A stretch of DNA of 50,550 bases from an uncultured Bacillota bacterium (GTDB taxonomy: Bacteria > Bacillota > Clostridia > Christensenellales > UBA1242), in assembly GCA_949282835.1 (NCBI GenBank), contig CASDQU010000074.1:1-50550 (forward strand), written 5' to 3'. The notes under the pieces were generated by a model that saw nothing but the letters and a program-made list of their open reading frames with translations, did not search any database and was not told where the DNA came from. The position numbers were made by a program, and so were the translations under genes. Shown here piece by piece: positions 31,953 through 39,292 of the stretch (position 1 is the first letter of the stretch; the number at the start of each line of letters is the position of its first letter).

Positions 31953-32678
31953 TTAAGATGTCAATTTATTTCTCAAATTAGTTAGAATTTTATTTTCCAG
32001 TCGTGAAACTTGAACCTGCGAAATTTTAAGCACTTTTGCTATTTCACTTTGCGTCTTATCAAAATAATAACGAAGCATAATTATCTTTTTTTCTCTATTG
32101 TTAAGAGATTTTATTATTTCTTTAATAGCAAGGTTATCAATCATTTTCACATTATAATCTTCTTCACTCTCAATTCGGTCTATCATACTCAAGGAATCAC
32201 CATCATCTTCTATAGGCGTATAAATTGATACTGGCATTTTAGCAGAGTCCATTGCCATGACAATTTCTTGTTCTTCAACTTTAAAATGTTTTGCAAGCTC
32301 TTCTATGTTAGGCTTTCTTTGATTGATTTCAACAAAATTTTCGATATACTTGTTAATTTGCAAATTTAAACTTTTTAGAGCGCGTGACACCTTAATCATT
32401 CCATCATCACGCATAAATCTTTTGATTTCTCCTATCACCATTGGCACAACATATGTTGAAAACTTTACTCCAAACTCAGCATTAAAGTTTTTTATAGCTT
32501 TTAAAAAGCCCATACAACCTAGCTGATAAAGGTCATCATATTCAACCCCTTTATCTTTGAAGCGCTTAATTAGGCTTTTTATCAACGGTGAATTTTCTTC
32601 TAGAAGCATCTTTTTTGCTTCCTGGTCGCCCTGCTGAGATAACTTTACCAAGCGCAAGATTTCTTCATTATCAAGCAT
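31953..32678 (-). CDS. sigF: Sporulation sigma factor SigF
   Basis: 241 aa group-3 sigma (YDDLYQLGCMGFLKAIKNF; region 4 SQSEIAKVLKISQVQVSRLE). Directly downstream of spoIIAA-spoIIAB. Confidence 0.9.
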   Translation of the reverse strand: MLDNEEILRLVKLSQQGDQEAKKMLLEENSPLIKSLIKRFKDKGVEYDDLYQLGCMGFLKAIKNFNAEFGVKFSTYVVPMVIGEIKRFMRDDGMIKVSRALKSLNLQINKYIENFVEINQRKPNIEELAKHFKVEEQEIVMAMDSAKMPVSIYTPIEDDGDSLSMIDRIESEEDYNVKMIDNLAIKEIIKSLNNREKKIIMLRYYFDKTQSEIAKVLKISQVQVSRLENKILTNLRNKLTS

Positions 32679-33117
32679 TGCCCGCCTGCATGAGGCTGTT
32701 TGCGCCTATTCGTTTCGTCATGGTAACTGTAAGGCCGTTACCACTTGCAACATCAACACTATCCATAAAACTTTCCATAACGGCAAAACCCATTCCGCTG
32801 CGTTCTTCGCTAGGCTTCGTTGTATAAAAAGGTTCGCGCGCCTTTGCAATATCCTTTATTCCAATCCCATTATCTTTAACTATTATTTTGACTAAATTCC
32901 CCTCTATTTCGCACCTAACTGTTACAGTTCCCAAATGTTTTGGATAGGCATGAACGACACAATTTGTTACCGCTTCCGACACCGCTGTCTTTATGTCACC
33001 AATCTCATCAATAGAAGGATTAAGCCCTACACAAAATGCAGCGACACAAACTCTTGCAAAACTTTCATTAGCCGATATTGCCTTAAAAGTTACTTCCATA
33101 AAATTACCTTTATTCAT
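32671..33117 (-). CDS. spoIIAB: Anti-sigma F factor SpoIIAB (serine kinase)
   Basis: NESFARVCVAAF, N-box EAVTNCVVHAY, G-boxes DNGIGI and GMGFAVM. The start is taken at the ATG 5 nt after GGAGGT (the ORF opens at 33129). Confidence 0.92.
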   Translation of the reverse strand: MNKGNFMEVTFKAISANESFARVCVAAFCVGLNPSIDEIGDIKTAVSEAVTNCVVHAYPKHLGTVTVRCEIEGNLVKIIVKDNGIGIKDIAKAREPFYTTKPSEERSGMGFAVMESFMDSVDVASGNGLTVTMTKRIGANSLMQAGNA

Positions 33118-33128
33118 ACTTACCTCCA

Positions 33129-33437
33129 TTACACTATCTTTGGCATTATGTTGTATAGCCCGCTTATTTTAAAAATCTTTTCTGCATGTCGAGATGGATT
33201 ACAGATGAATATTGGAATATGTTTTAATTTCATTTTTTTATATCTTCCTATTAAAACGCCAATACCAGTGCTATCCATAAACTCTAATTCTGATAAATCT
33301 ATTATTATTTGATTGAATTGTCCTTGTGAAAATATTAGGTCAAGCTCATTTTTAACATGTGTCGCGCTATTTTCATCAAGCTCACCACACATGACTACAT
33401 AAAGAGTGTTTTTATAAATTTTGCTTTTTATATTCAT
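33129..33437 (-). CDS. spoIIAA: Anti-sigma F factor antagonist SpoIIAA (STAS domain)
   Basis: 102 aa; phosphorylatable-serine motif FMDSTGIGVLIG. Confidence 0.92.
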   Translation of the reverse strand: MNIKSKIYKNTLYVVMCGELDENSATHVKNELDLIFSQGQFNQIIIDLSELEFMDSTGIGVLIGRYKKMKLKHIPIFICNPSRHAEKIFKISGLYNIMPKIV

Positions 33438-33530
33438 CCTTTAGCTCCTTGCCTTCATAATAACATATGGCAGATGGCAAAAAATGACTTATTATGGCAT
33501 AAATTATCTTTTTTTATCTTTTATCTATCA

Positions 33531-33567
33531 ATAAAAAAACTATCAAAAGTATTACTCTTGATAGTTT
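33531..33567 (-). terminator. Rho-independent terminator (distal) downstream of the tRNA operon
   Basis: AAACTATCAA / TTGATAGTTT: perfect 10-bp stem, 11-nt loop, followed on the minus strand by TTTTTTTAT. Confidence 0.6.
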
Positions 33568-33570
33568 CTC

Positions 33571-33613
33571 ATCGTTCACAATCCCCGTCCTATGCACGGA
33601 GATTGTGAACGAT
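33571..33613. repeat. Perfect 13-bp inverted repeat (extendable to about 17 bp), hairpin without a T-tract
   Basis: ATCGTTCACAATC c CCGT cctatgc ACGG a GATTGTGAACGAT. Confidence 0.8.
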
Positions 33614-33647
33614 ATAAAACAACACCGCAGCATGCGGTGTCGTTTTA
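33614..33647. terminator. Terminator (proximal, bidirectional) immediately after tRNA-Tyr
   Basis: ACACCGC-AGCAT-GCGGTGT with TGTTTTAT following on the minus strand and CGTTTTA on the plus strand. Confidence 0.7.
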
Positions 33648-33650
33648 TCA

Positions 33651-33735
33651 TGGTGGGCAGGGATGGATTCGAACCATCGAAGTCGGAGACGACGGATTTA
33701 CAGTCCGTTGCATTTGGCCACTCTGCAACCTACCC
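33651..33735 (-). tRNA. tRNA-Tyr (GTA), class II
   Basis: Reverse complement GGGTAGG...ACGGA CTGTAAA TCCGT...long variable arm...GGTTCGAATCC...CCTGCCC A CCA. Confidence 0.93.
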
Positions 33736-33759
33736 ATATAAAATGCCCTTTCGGGCAAC

Positions 33760-33834
33760 TGGAGCTGGTGATAGGAATCGAACCTACAACCTGCTGATTA
33801 CAAGTCAGCTGCTCTACCATTGAGCCACACCAGC
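33760..33834 (-). tRNA. tRNA-Thr (TGT)
   Basis: Reverse complement GCTGGTG TGGCTCAATGGTAGAGC A GCTGA CTTGTAA TCAGC ... GGTTCGATTCC ... CACCAGC T CCA. Confidence 0.93.
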
Positions 33835-33841
33835 AAATTTT

Positions 33842-33871
33842 TGTCCTAGCAGTAATAAAGCCGCTAGGACA
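33842..33871 (-). other. Spacer hairpin inside the tRNA operon (possible processing element)
   Basis: TGTCCTAGC / GCTAGGACA: perfect 9-bp stem, 12-nt loop. There is no T-run after it on the transcribed (minus) strand. Confidence 0.6.
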
Positions 33872-33898
33872 TTTAGTGCATAAGAATTTTTCTTTTCC

Positions 33899-34057
33899 CC
33901 GCCTTATGTCACTTATGGTAACATGCGGCGCTCTAACCCTCCCTTTCAAGAGATTTGAGCTTCGCTTCCGCCTTATGTCACTTATGGTAACATGCGGCGC
34001 TCTAACCCTCTCTTTCAAGAGATTTGAGCTTCGCTTCCGCCTTATGTCACTTATGGT
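33899..34057 (-). repeat. 69-bp tandem repeat (2.3 copies) abutting and overlapping the 3' end of tRNA-Phe
   Basis: Units start at 33899, 33968 and 34037. The full copies differ at one base (C33942 / T34011). The third, partial copy merges with the ACCA end of tRNA-Phe. Confidence 0.9.
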
Positions 34058-34129
34058 GCCCTAAGGTGGAATCGAACCACCGACACAAGGATTTTCAGTC
34101 CTTTGCTCTGCCGACTGAGCTATCAGGGC
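34054..34129 (-). tRNA. tRNA-Phe (GAA)
   Basis: Reverse complement GCCCTGA TAGCTCAGTCGGCAGAGC A AAGGA CTGAAAA TCCTT ... GGTTCGATTCC ... TAGGGC A CCA. Confidence 0.93.
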
Positions 34130-34154
34130 TTAATATTTGTTAACCCGTAGGTTA

Positions 34155-34231
34155 TGGCGACTCGGATGGGGCTCGAACCCACGACCTCCAGCGTGACAGG
34201 CTGGCGTTCTAACCAACTGAACTACCGAGCC
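34155..34231 (-). tRNA. tRNA-Asp (GTC)
   Basis: Reverse complement GGCTCGG TAGTTCAGTTGGTTAGAAC GCCAGC CTGTCAC GCTGG ... GGTTCGAGCCC ... CCGAGTC G CCA. Confidence 0.93.
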
Positions 34232-34284
34232 ACAAATGTGCTTATTTGTGTTATCTTTCCACTATCGTTGTCACAAATCAATAG

Positions 34285-34361
34285 TGGTGGGCCTTCAGGG
34301 ACTCGAACCCCGGACCGACCGGTTATGAGCCGGTTGCTCTAACCAACTGAGCTAAAGGCCC
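34285..34361 (-). tRNA. tRNA with a CAT anticodon (elongator Met or lysidine-dependent Ile2; not initiator-like)
   Basis: Reverse complement GGGCCTT TAGCTCAGTTGGTTAGAGC ... CTCATAA ... GGTTCGAGTCC ... AAGGCCC A CCA. The 1-72 pair is G-C, so it is not fMet. I cannot decide Met versus Ile2 by eye. Confidence 0.85.
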
Positions 34362-34384
34362 ATTGTACATTCTTGTTTTTAGTA

Positions 34385-34460
34385 TGGTCGGGGTGGAGAG
34401 GCTCGAACTCCCGACCCCATGGTCCCAAACCACGTGCGCTACCAACTGCGCTACACCCCG
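34385..34460 (-). tRNA. tRNA-Pro (TGG)
   Basis: Reverse complement CGGGGTG TAGCGCAGTTGGTAGCGC ... TTTGGGA ... AGTTCGAGCCT ... CACCCCG A CCA. Confidence 0.93.
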
Positions 34461-34480
34461 TAAAACAAGTTTGCAAAGAT

Positions 34481-34509
34481 ATTTTAATATATAAAGAGGC
34501 TATTGTCAA
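34481..34509 (-). promoter_or_regulatory. Sigma-A promoter of the six-tRNA operon
   Basis: Minus strand TTGACA, 17 nt, TAAAAT. The -10 element ends about 20 nt upstream of the tRNA-Pro 5' end. Confidence 0.65.
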
Positions 34510-34707
34510 GAAAAAAACAAAAATTTTTCTAAAAAATCTCTATTAATTTTATATAGATTTTACATACATATATATGTTAATTTTTATCTATTGCTGACTA
34601 TACTCTGCAAATCTCTTATTTGTAATATTTTCAATAATTTTATAATTTTTCTTTACAACGCTTTTGAATACAAAAAAATTATGTTATCATTATTTAAAGA
34701 GGTTTAT

Positions 34708-35433
34708 ATGATTAAAAAATCAGTATTCATTATCGGAGCATCCAGCGATATCGGCAAAGCTACTGCCCTGCTTTTTGCTGAAAAAGGCTATAACATTATT
34801 GCCACTTACAACTCCTCTCCCAATTCTTTTAAAGATTTAAAAAATAGCTATAACATCAAAACTATAAAAATGGACATAACCGACATCGCATCCATCGAAA
34901 AAGGCTTTGAGCAGGCTTTTTCTAACCATGAATATATAGAGAACATAATAATATGTCCTGGAATAAGTGAAAAAGAAATGATGCTGATAGATATGCCTAA
35001 TCAGACAATAGAGCAAATATTGAAAATAAATTTATTGGGCATTACTTTATGCAATAAATATGCAGCAAAATATCTTTTAGAAAAAAAACACGGCTCAATA
35101 GTAAATCTATCATCAGTATATGGAATTGATGGAGGCTGTTGCGAGGCTGTATACTCAGCAAGTAAAGCAGGAATAATTGGCTTAACTAAAGCTCTAGCAA
35201 AAGAATGTGCACCATATGTTCGCGTAAATGCAGTTGCTCCAGGTTTTATTGAAACAAAAATGACAAGCTATTTTAATCAAGAAGAAAGAGAAAATATAGC
35301 AAGTTCTATACCTTTAAAAAGACTTGGCGCTACAGAAGATGTGGCAAATGCTATTTATTTTCTGTCTTGTGAAGCTTCTTCATATATCACAGGCGAAGTT
35401 TTAACAGTTAGCGGAGGCACTACAAATTTTTAA
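34708..35433 (+). CDS. Short-chain dehydrogenase/reductase (FabG-like 3-oxoacyl-ACP reductase family)
   Basis: GASSDIGKA Rossmann motif and catalytic YSASKAG. RBS AAAGAGG lies upstream of the ATG at 34708; the ORF opens at 34591, but that extension is AT-rich junk. Confidence 0.88.
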   Translation: MIKKSVFIIGASSDIGKATALLFAEKGYNIIATYNSSPNSFKDLKNSYNIKTIKMDITDIASIEKGFEQAFSNHEYIENIIICPGISEKEMMLIDMPNQTIEQILKINLLGITLCNKYAAKYLLEKKHGSIVNLSSVYGIDGGCCEAVYSASKAGIIGLTKALAKECAPYVRVNAVAPGFIETKMTSYFNQEERENIASSIPLKRLGATEDVANAIYFLSCEASSYITGEVLTVSGGTTNF

Positions 35434-35562
35434 AAAATAGATTGCAATAAAATCTTAAAACAAATGTCAATTTGACCCTTTACAAACATTTCATAGTTTT
35501 AAACAAAATAGGAAGAGCTTTTTGCTTTCTTCCTATTTTTAATTATAATGTCTTGATAACAA

Positions 35563-36327
35563 TTATTCTTCATCGCTGTCCGAATAGAAATCAAATGCTT
35601 TCATAATTTCGCTCAAGTCATCTTTTGGATTTATAGCTTCTTTTAAATCAAATCCACTAGACTGAATTTTTAATGATTTTGGTTGCTCTTCAAGTGGCTG
35701 TGTGTTTAAAAATTTATCAACAAGTGTATCGTACTGGTCACCCTCTTTAAGCTCTATATCACATACAGGCTTTATTTGACTTGGCGAGTGTTCTTTAGTT
35801 TCACTCTTTAATTCTCTAAAATCATTGCGTTCAATTTTTATTTCCCTAGGCTGCTGACTAACTTTCTTTTCTTGCATTTTGTTTAGCAACATTCTCATAG
35901 GGTCATTTTCAGTACCTGTATTTACAATTTCATTACGCTTAGCTTCTGTTTGCGCCAAAATCGCCTCAATATCTGTTACCAACTTTTTGTAGTTACTATT
36001 TAAAAGAATACCAGGATATTGGCTATTTAACTGCTCTAAGAAAGTTTGCATATGTAAATAAACCATTCGAAGTTGTTCGCCACGCAAAACTTCAATATTT
36101 CTATTGCCTTCAGCTTGAAAGCGTTTAAAAGATTCAAGCACCGTCATAATATTTTTTTCGCGGCGTTCAATTTCTACAGATTTATTTTTAAAGTCTAAAA
36201 TTTTCTTTTCTGCTTCTAAAACTTTTAGTTTCTCTTCCATCAAAGCTTTTTCATGAGCAGCTCTCATTTGAGCAATATATTCATCAACTTCCTTTTTTTT
36301 ATACCCATTAAATTCTGTAGAAAACAT
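35563..36327 (-). CDS. DivIVA-domain protein
   Basis: N-terminal FSTEFNGYKKKEVDEYI (the FxxxxxGY..eVDxfl DivIVA signature), coiled coil, acidic C-terminus. Confidence 0.75.
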   Translation of the reverse strand: MFSTEFNGYKKKEVDEYIAQMRAAHEKALMEEKLKVLEAEKKILDFKNKSVEIERREKNIMTVLESFKRFQAEGNRNIEVLRGEQLRMVYLHMQTFLEQLNSQYPGILLNSNYKKLVTDIEAILAQTEAKRNEIVNTGTENDPMRMLLNKMQEKKVSQQPREIKIERNDFRELKSETKEHSPSQIKPVCDIELKEGDQYDTLVDKFLNTQPLEEQPKSLKIQSSGFDLKEAINPKDDLSEIMKAFDFYSDSDEE

Positions 36328-36346
36328 ATCCTCTCCCTTTAAACAA

Positions 36347-36832
36347 CTATAATAAAAAGTAACTTCCCATTAATAATAGCACATCTATTAATACTATTGC
36401 AAGAAAAATTAAAAGAGAAATCAAATTTAAAAGATATAAAAAACAAAATATAGCGAGGAAAAATAGCGAAAAAGATATTCCAAAGTGATAATTTTGTTTA
36501 AAAATAAATCCGCTACATAACGATGCAATCACAAAGGACAAAATTATAAATACAGAATAAAAATTTGTGATATCAAGAAAATAACTGTAAAAATATAATA
36601 CCCCTATACTCAAAAGCAAGCTTCCTAAATAACAAGAGGAGTCAAGATGGAAAAGTATGCTTCGTACTATCAAATGTCCACCAACAGCAATTAGAAATGA
36701 GAAAAACCACAGATTGTGAATTGATAAAACTGTGAAAGATAAGGCTAGGCTAATTAAAAATAAACTGCTATTTATAAGAAAAGACAACTTTAAAATTGTT
36801 GTCTTTTTTACCGATAATATCTTTCCTTTCAT
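36347..36832 (-). CDS. Hypothetical polytopic membrane protein (about 5 TM)
   Basis: 161 aa, hydrophobic throughout, no recognisable motif. Confidence 0.5.
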   Translation of the reverse strand: MKGKILSVKKTTILKLSFLINSSLFLISLALSFTVLSIHNLWFFSFLIAVGGHLIVRSILFHLDSSCYLGSLLLSIGVLYFYSYFLDITNFYSVFIILSFVIASLCSGFIFKQNYHFGISFSLFFLAIFCFLYLLNLISLLIFLAIVLIDVLLLMGSYFLL

Positions 36833-36865
36833 ATATTTATTATTCTATTTTTTTAATAAAATATT

Positions 36866-37924
36866 CTATTGACTATCTTTTTTATCTTCATTTTTTGATG
36901 AATTTTCTTGTTTTTTGTCGCCAACCACTTCTTCAGGATTTTCTTTGCCAGCTACTTTTTCTTCTATGCTTACATCGTTATCATTAATTTCTTTGTCTGC
37001 TTTTGACTTAGTCAAATCATCTTCAATCTTATTATTGTCAAGTTGTTTTAGTTTATTTTGCCTTTTCTCCTCTTTCTTTGCCTGCCTTTTTGCTCTCTCT
37101 TCAATCTCGCTTTGTATATTTAATTGATATCGAGATTTTAAATCTTTAATTGTTTTAATCTTGCCTTTTCTATGCAAAATTTCAGTTACCACTAGCATAA
37201 TCACCCCAAAAGCAATAAGCAATATTGAAAGAAGCTGTGATACCTTTATTGAACCTAAATATAGACTATCTCCTCTTAAAGCTTCAATCCAAGCTCTGCC
37301 CACTCCATAGATAATAAAATATAGACACATGATAGACCCGCGATATTTCATTTTATCTTTTCGCAAAAGTAAAAGCAAAATAACAAAAGTCATCAAATCC
37401 CATAGACATTCATAAAAGAAAGTTGATAAATGCCAAACTCCATTTATTTTAGTTGATAAAGGAAACCAAGTTACAGAAGGGTCATTAACTGCAATACCAT
37501 AGCAACAGCCCGCAAAATAGCAACCTATTCTCCCTATCGCTTGCCCTAATACAAGGCTTGGCACGGCTATATCACCCACATCTAAAAAATTCTTTTTATG
37601 AATAAGGCAATATAAAACTATACCAAGTGCGCCGCCTATCACTCCGCCATAGATTGCCATTCCGCCTTCCCAAATTTTAAAAATATCCCAAAACGAATTA
37701 AATTCATCTAAGCTAAAAAGTACATAATATATTCTTGCGCCTATTATAGACAATGGCAAAACATAACAAGCGATTATTAATAAATCGTCTACTTTAAGTC
37801 CGCGCAACTTTGCATTTTTACAAGCAACAAAAACACCTATAGCCATGCCTAAAGCTATCATAAAACCATAGTAAGTAATATCTAAACCAAAAAATGTGAA
37901 ATATTTATCGTAAAATCCAAACAT
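36866..37924 (-). CDS. lgt: Prolipoprotein diacylglyceryl transferase, with a charged C-terminal extension of about 100 aa
   Basis: GGMAIYGGVIGG and GRIGCYFAGCCYG (variant of the Lgt GR.GN motif). The TM topology is typical of Lgt, and the K/E/D-rich tail follows residue ~250. Confidence 0.85.
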   Translation of the reverse strand: MFGFYDKYFTFFGLDITYYGFMIALGMAIGVFVACKNAKLRGLKVDDLLIIACYVLPLSIIGARIYYVLFSLDEFNSFWDIFKIWEGGMAIYGGVIGGALGIVLYCLIHKKNFLDVGDIAVPSLVLGQAIGRIGCYFAGCCYGIAVNDPSVTWFPLSTKINGVWHLSTFFYECLWDLMTFVILLLLLRKDKMKYRGSIMCLYFIIYGVGRAWIEALRGDSLYLGSIKVSQLLSILLIAFGVIMLVVTEILHRKGKIKTIKDLKSRYQLNIQSEIEERAKRQAKKEEKRQNKLKQLDNNKIEDDLTKSKADKEINDNDVSIEEKVAGKENPEEVVGDKKQENSSKNEDKKDSQ

Positions 37925-38098
37925 ACTTTAATTATAATCACTACAGGCAATCATTGTCAATGATTTTCACTTTTATAAATATTTTTTTTTAAAAAAAGGA
38001 AGTTTTGGGTACAATTTTTATACTAAAGATTTTTTAAAATAATTAAAAATACAAGATATGCAAAATTTTTAATAAACAATTTACATATCTTGTATTAG

Positions 38099-39238
38099 CT
38101 AAATATTTTTACAAATTTTTAATATGTCTTGACTGAGGAATTTGTCTTGTTTATCTTTTTCGTTATAACCTAGTATAAGAGAAATATTCCCTCCATTTTT
38201 ATAAGCCATACCAAGTGAGACAATCTTTTTAATCACAACTATGCTAGGTTTTTTATGCCCTTCTTCATCTTCTTCTTTAACAAAACATTTGTCAAGAACG
38301 CGCATAATTTCACATATATCCAAGATATAGAAAAGTACATTCTTGCCCTGTTGAGATAACCCTTGAACATATTGAATAGAATCTACAATACTATTGAAAT
38401 TAGCTTCATTTGATGTGCCATACTTAGTAGTAAAATTTTCAAAATCTACTGACTTAAAATAAATTTGGTCTTCAAAAGAAGTATTAGTTCCAAGCACGAC
38501 TAGTTTTATATCATTCTCATTGCAGTACTTAGATAAATTGATAAAATCTTCATTTTCATAAATATCGTTTTCAAGTAGAATACTATTGCGTCTTCCTTCA
38601 TATACAATGCCTTCACCATAAGGAATGGTCTTTTGCGATATAATTTCATCACCTTTTTCAAAATGATTTAAACTATACTCTTCTGCATTAATATTATTTA
38701 TGCTAAGTATTTCACTGGCAACATATTGGCTTTGATTTTCGGTGCTTTGTGCCAATGCTTTAACCTTGTCGCCTACCTGCAATAAATTGGCATATTTAAT
38801 ATCTTTCACAAAAACATATGCTTGTAATGCAGCATCATAGAATTGCTTGTCTGAATTGTAAATTCTTGTAATTCCACTACTTTCAACTTTATTCGCTGTG
38901 CTAGATTTTTTACTATAATTTGGTGCCGCTTGTGCAAAAGTTATAATATTTTCGAATAGAAGTGGTTTAGCGTCTTCCTCTTTATAATTGTTTGCAAGTG
39001 TATTTAATATATCATCAATAGTTGAGAGTTTTTTGCATGGTCTTCCTTTTCTTTTGCCTATATCATCTACTATTTCGCCCTTCTCAAATTTCATAAGAAT
39101 AAGCTTAATTAACTCATCTCTTTTTTTTGTTGTTGGCGAGGTTATACCAAGTTCTCTTGCTAGTCCCCTCAACTCAAAAACTCCTAGTTGTCGAACTAGC
39201 AGTTCCTTACCTTCTCTTTGGTCTTTCTTCATTTGCAT
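38099..39238 (-). CDS. Rho-like protein lacking a Walker A motif (Rho N-terminal domain + OB-like segment + degenerate, truncated RecA-like core)
   Basis: Segment-by-segment similarity to B. subtilis Rho as recalled (see finding). No GxxxxGK[ST] anywhere in the 379 aa. Confidence 0.55.
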   Translation of the reverse strand: MQMKKDQREGKELLVRQLGVFELRGLARELGITSPTTKKRDELIKLILMKFEKGEIVDDIGKRKGRPCKKLSTIDDILNTLANNYKEEDAKPLLFENIITFAQAAPNYSKKSSTANKVESSGITRIYNSDKQFYDAALQAYVFVKDIKYANLLQVGDKVKALAQSTENQSQYVASEILSINNINAEEYSLNHFEKGDEIISQKTIPYGEGIVYEGRRNSILLENDIYENEDFINLSKYCNENDIKLVVLGTNTSFEDQIYFKSVDFENFTTKYGTSNEANFNSIVDSIQYVQGLSQQGKNVLFYILDICEIMRVLDKCFVKEEDEEGHKKPSIVVIKKIVSLGMAYKNGGNISLILGYNEKDKQDKFLSQDILKICKNI

Positions 39239-39256
39239 ATTCTCCTAATTATTAAA

Positions 39257-39285
39257 ATTCTAAAATAGTATTTACAATTTGTCAA
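39257..39285 (-). promoter_or_regulatory. Sigma-A promoter of the Rho-like gene
   Basis: Minus strand TTGACA, 17 nt, TAGAAT, then AGGAG about 6 nt before the ATG. Confidence 0.6.
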
Positions 39286-39292
39286 CTATTTT

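Noticed and set aside
33571-33613. The arms TTCACAA / TTGTGAA resemble Rex operator half-sites (TTGTGAA-N4-TTCACAA).
   Set aside because: The half-sites are in the opposite order and about 19 nt apart rather than 4 nt apart. The element also lies downstream of a tRNA operon, not in a redox-gene promoter.
33899-34057. Could the 69-bp repeats (or the 134-bp repeats at 27337-27605) be a CRISPR array?
   Set aside because: The units are directly adjacent with no unique spacers, the periods are far larger than CRISPR repeats, and no cas genes are present in the window.
33698-34064. ORFs 33698-34018 (-) and 33876-34064 (+), with internally repeated peptides (RVRAPHVTISDIRR... / LMSLMVTCGALTL...).
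   Set aside because: They are translations through tRNA-Tyr, tRNA-Thr and the 69-bp tandem repeat. The repeated peptides just mirror the DNA repeat. There is no RBS, and they lie inside a tRNA operon.
33438-34520. The tRNA cluster as an integration hotspot or remnant of a mobile element or prophage.
   Set aside because: No integrase, recombinase or phage gene is present. No direct repeat of a tRNA 3' end of the attL/attR type flanks foreign DNA. The only duplication is the 69-bp local tandem repeat.
34591-34707. The 39-codon N-terminal extension of the SDR ORF (MLTILCKSLICNIF...).
   Set aside because: It is AT-rich and hydrophobic junk with no RBS. A good RBS (AAAGAGG) precedes the internal ATG at 34708, which gives a canonical SDR N-terminus.
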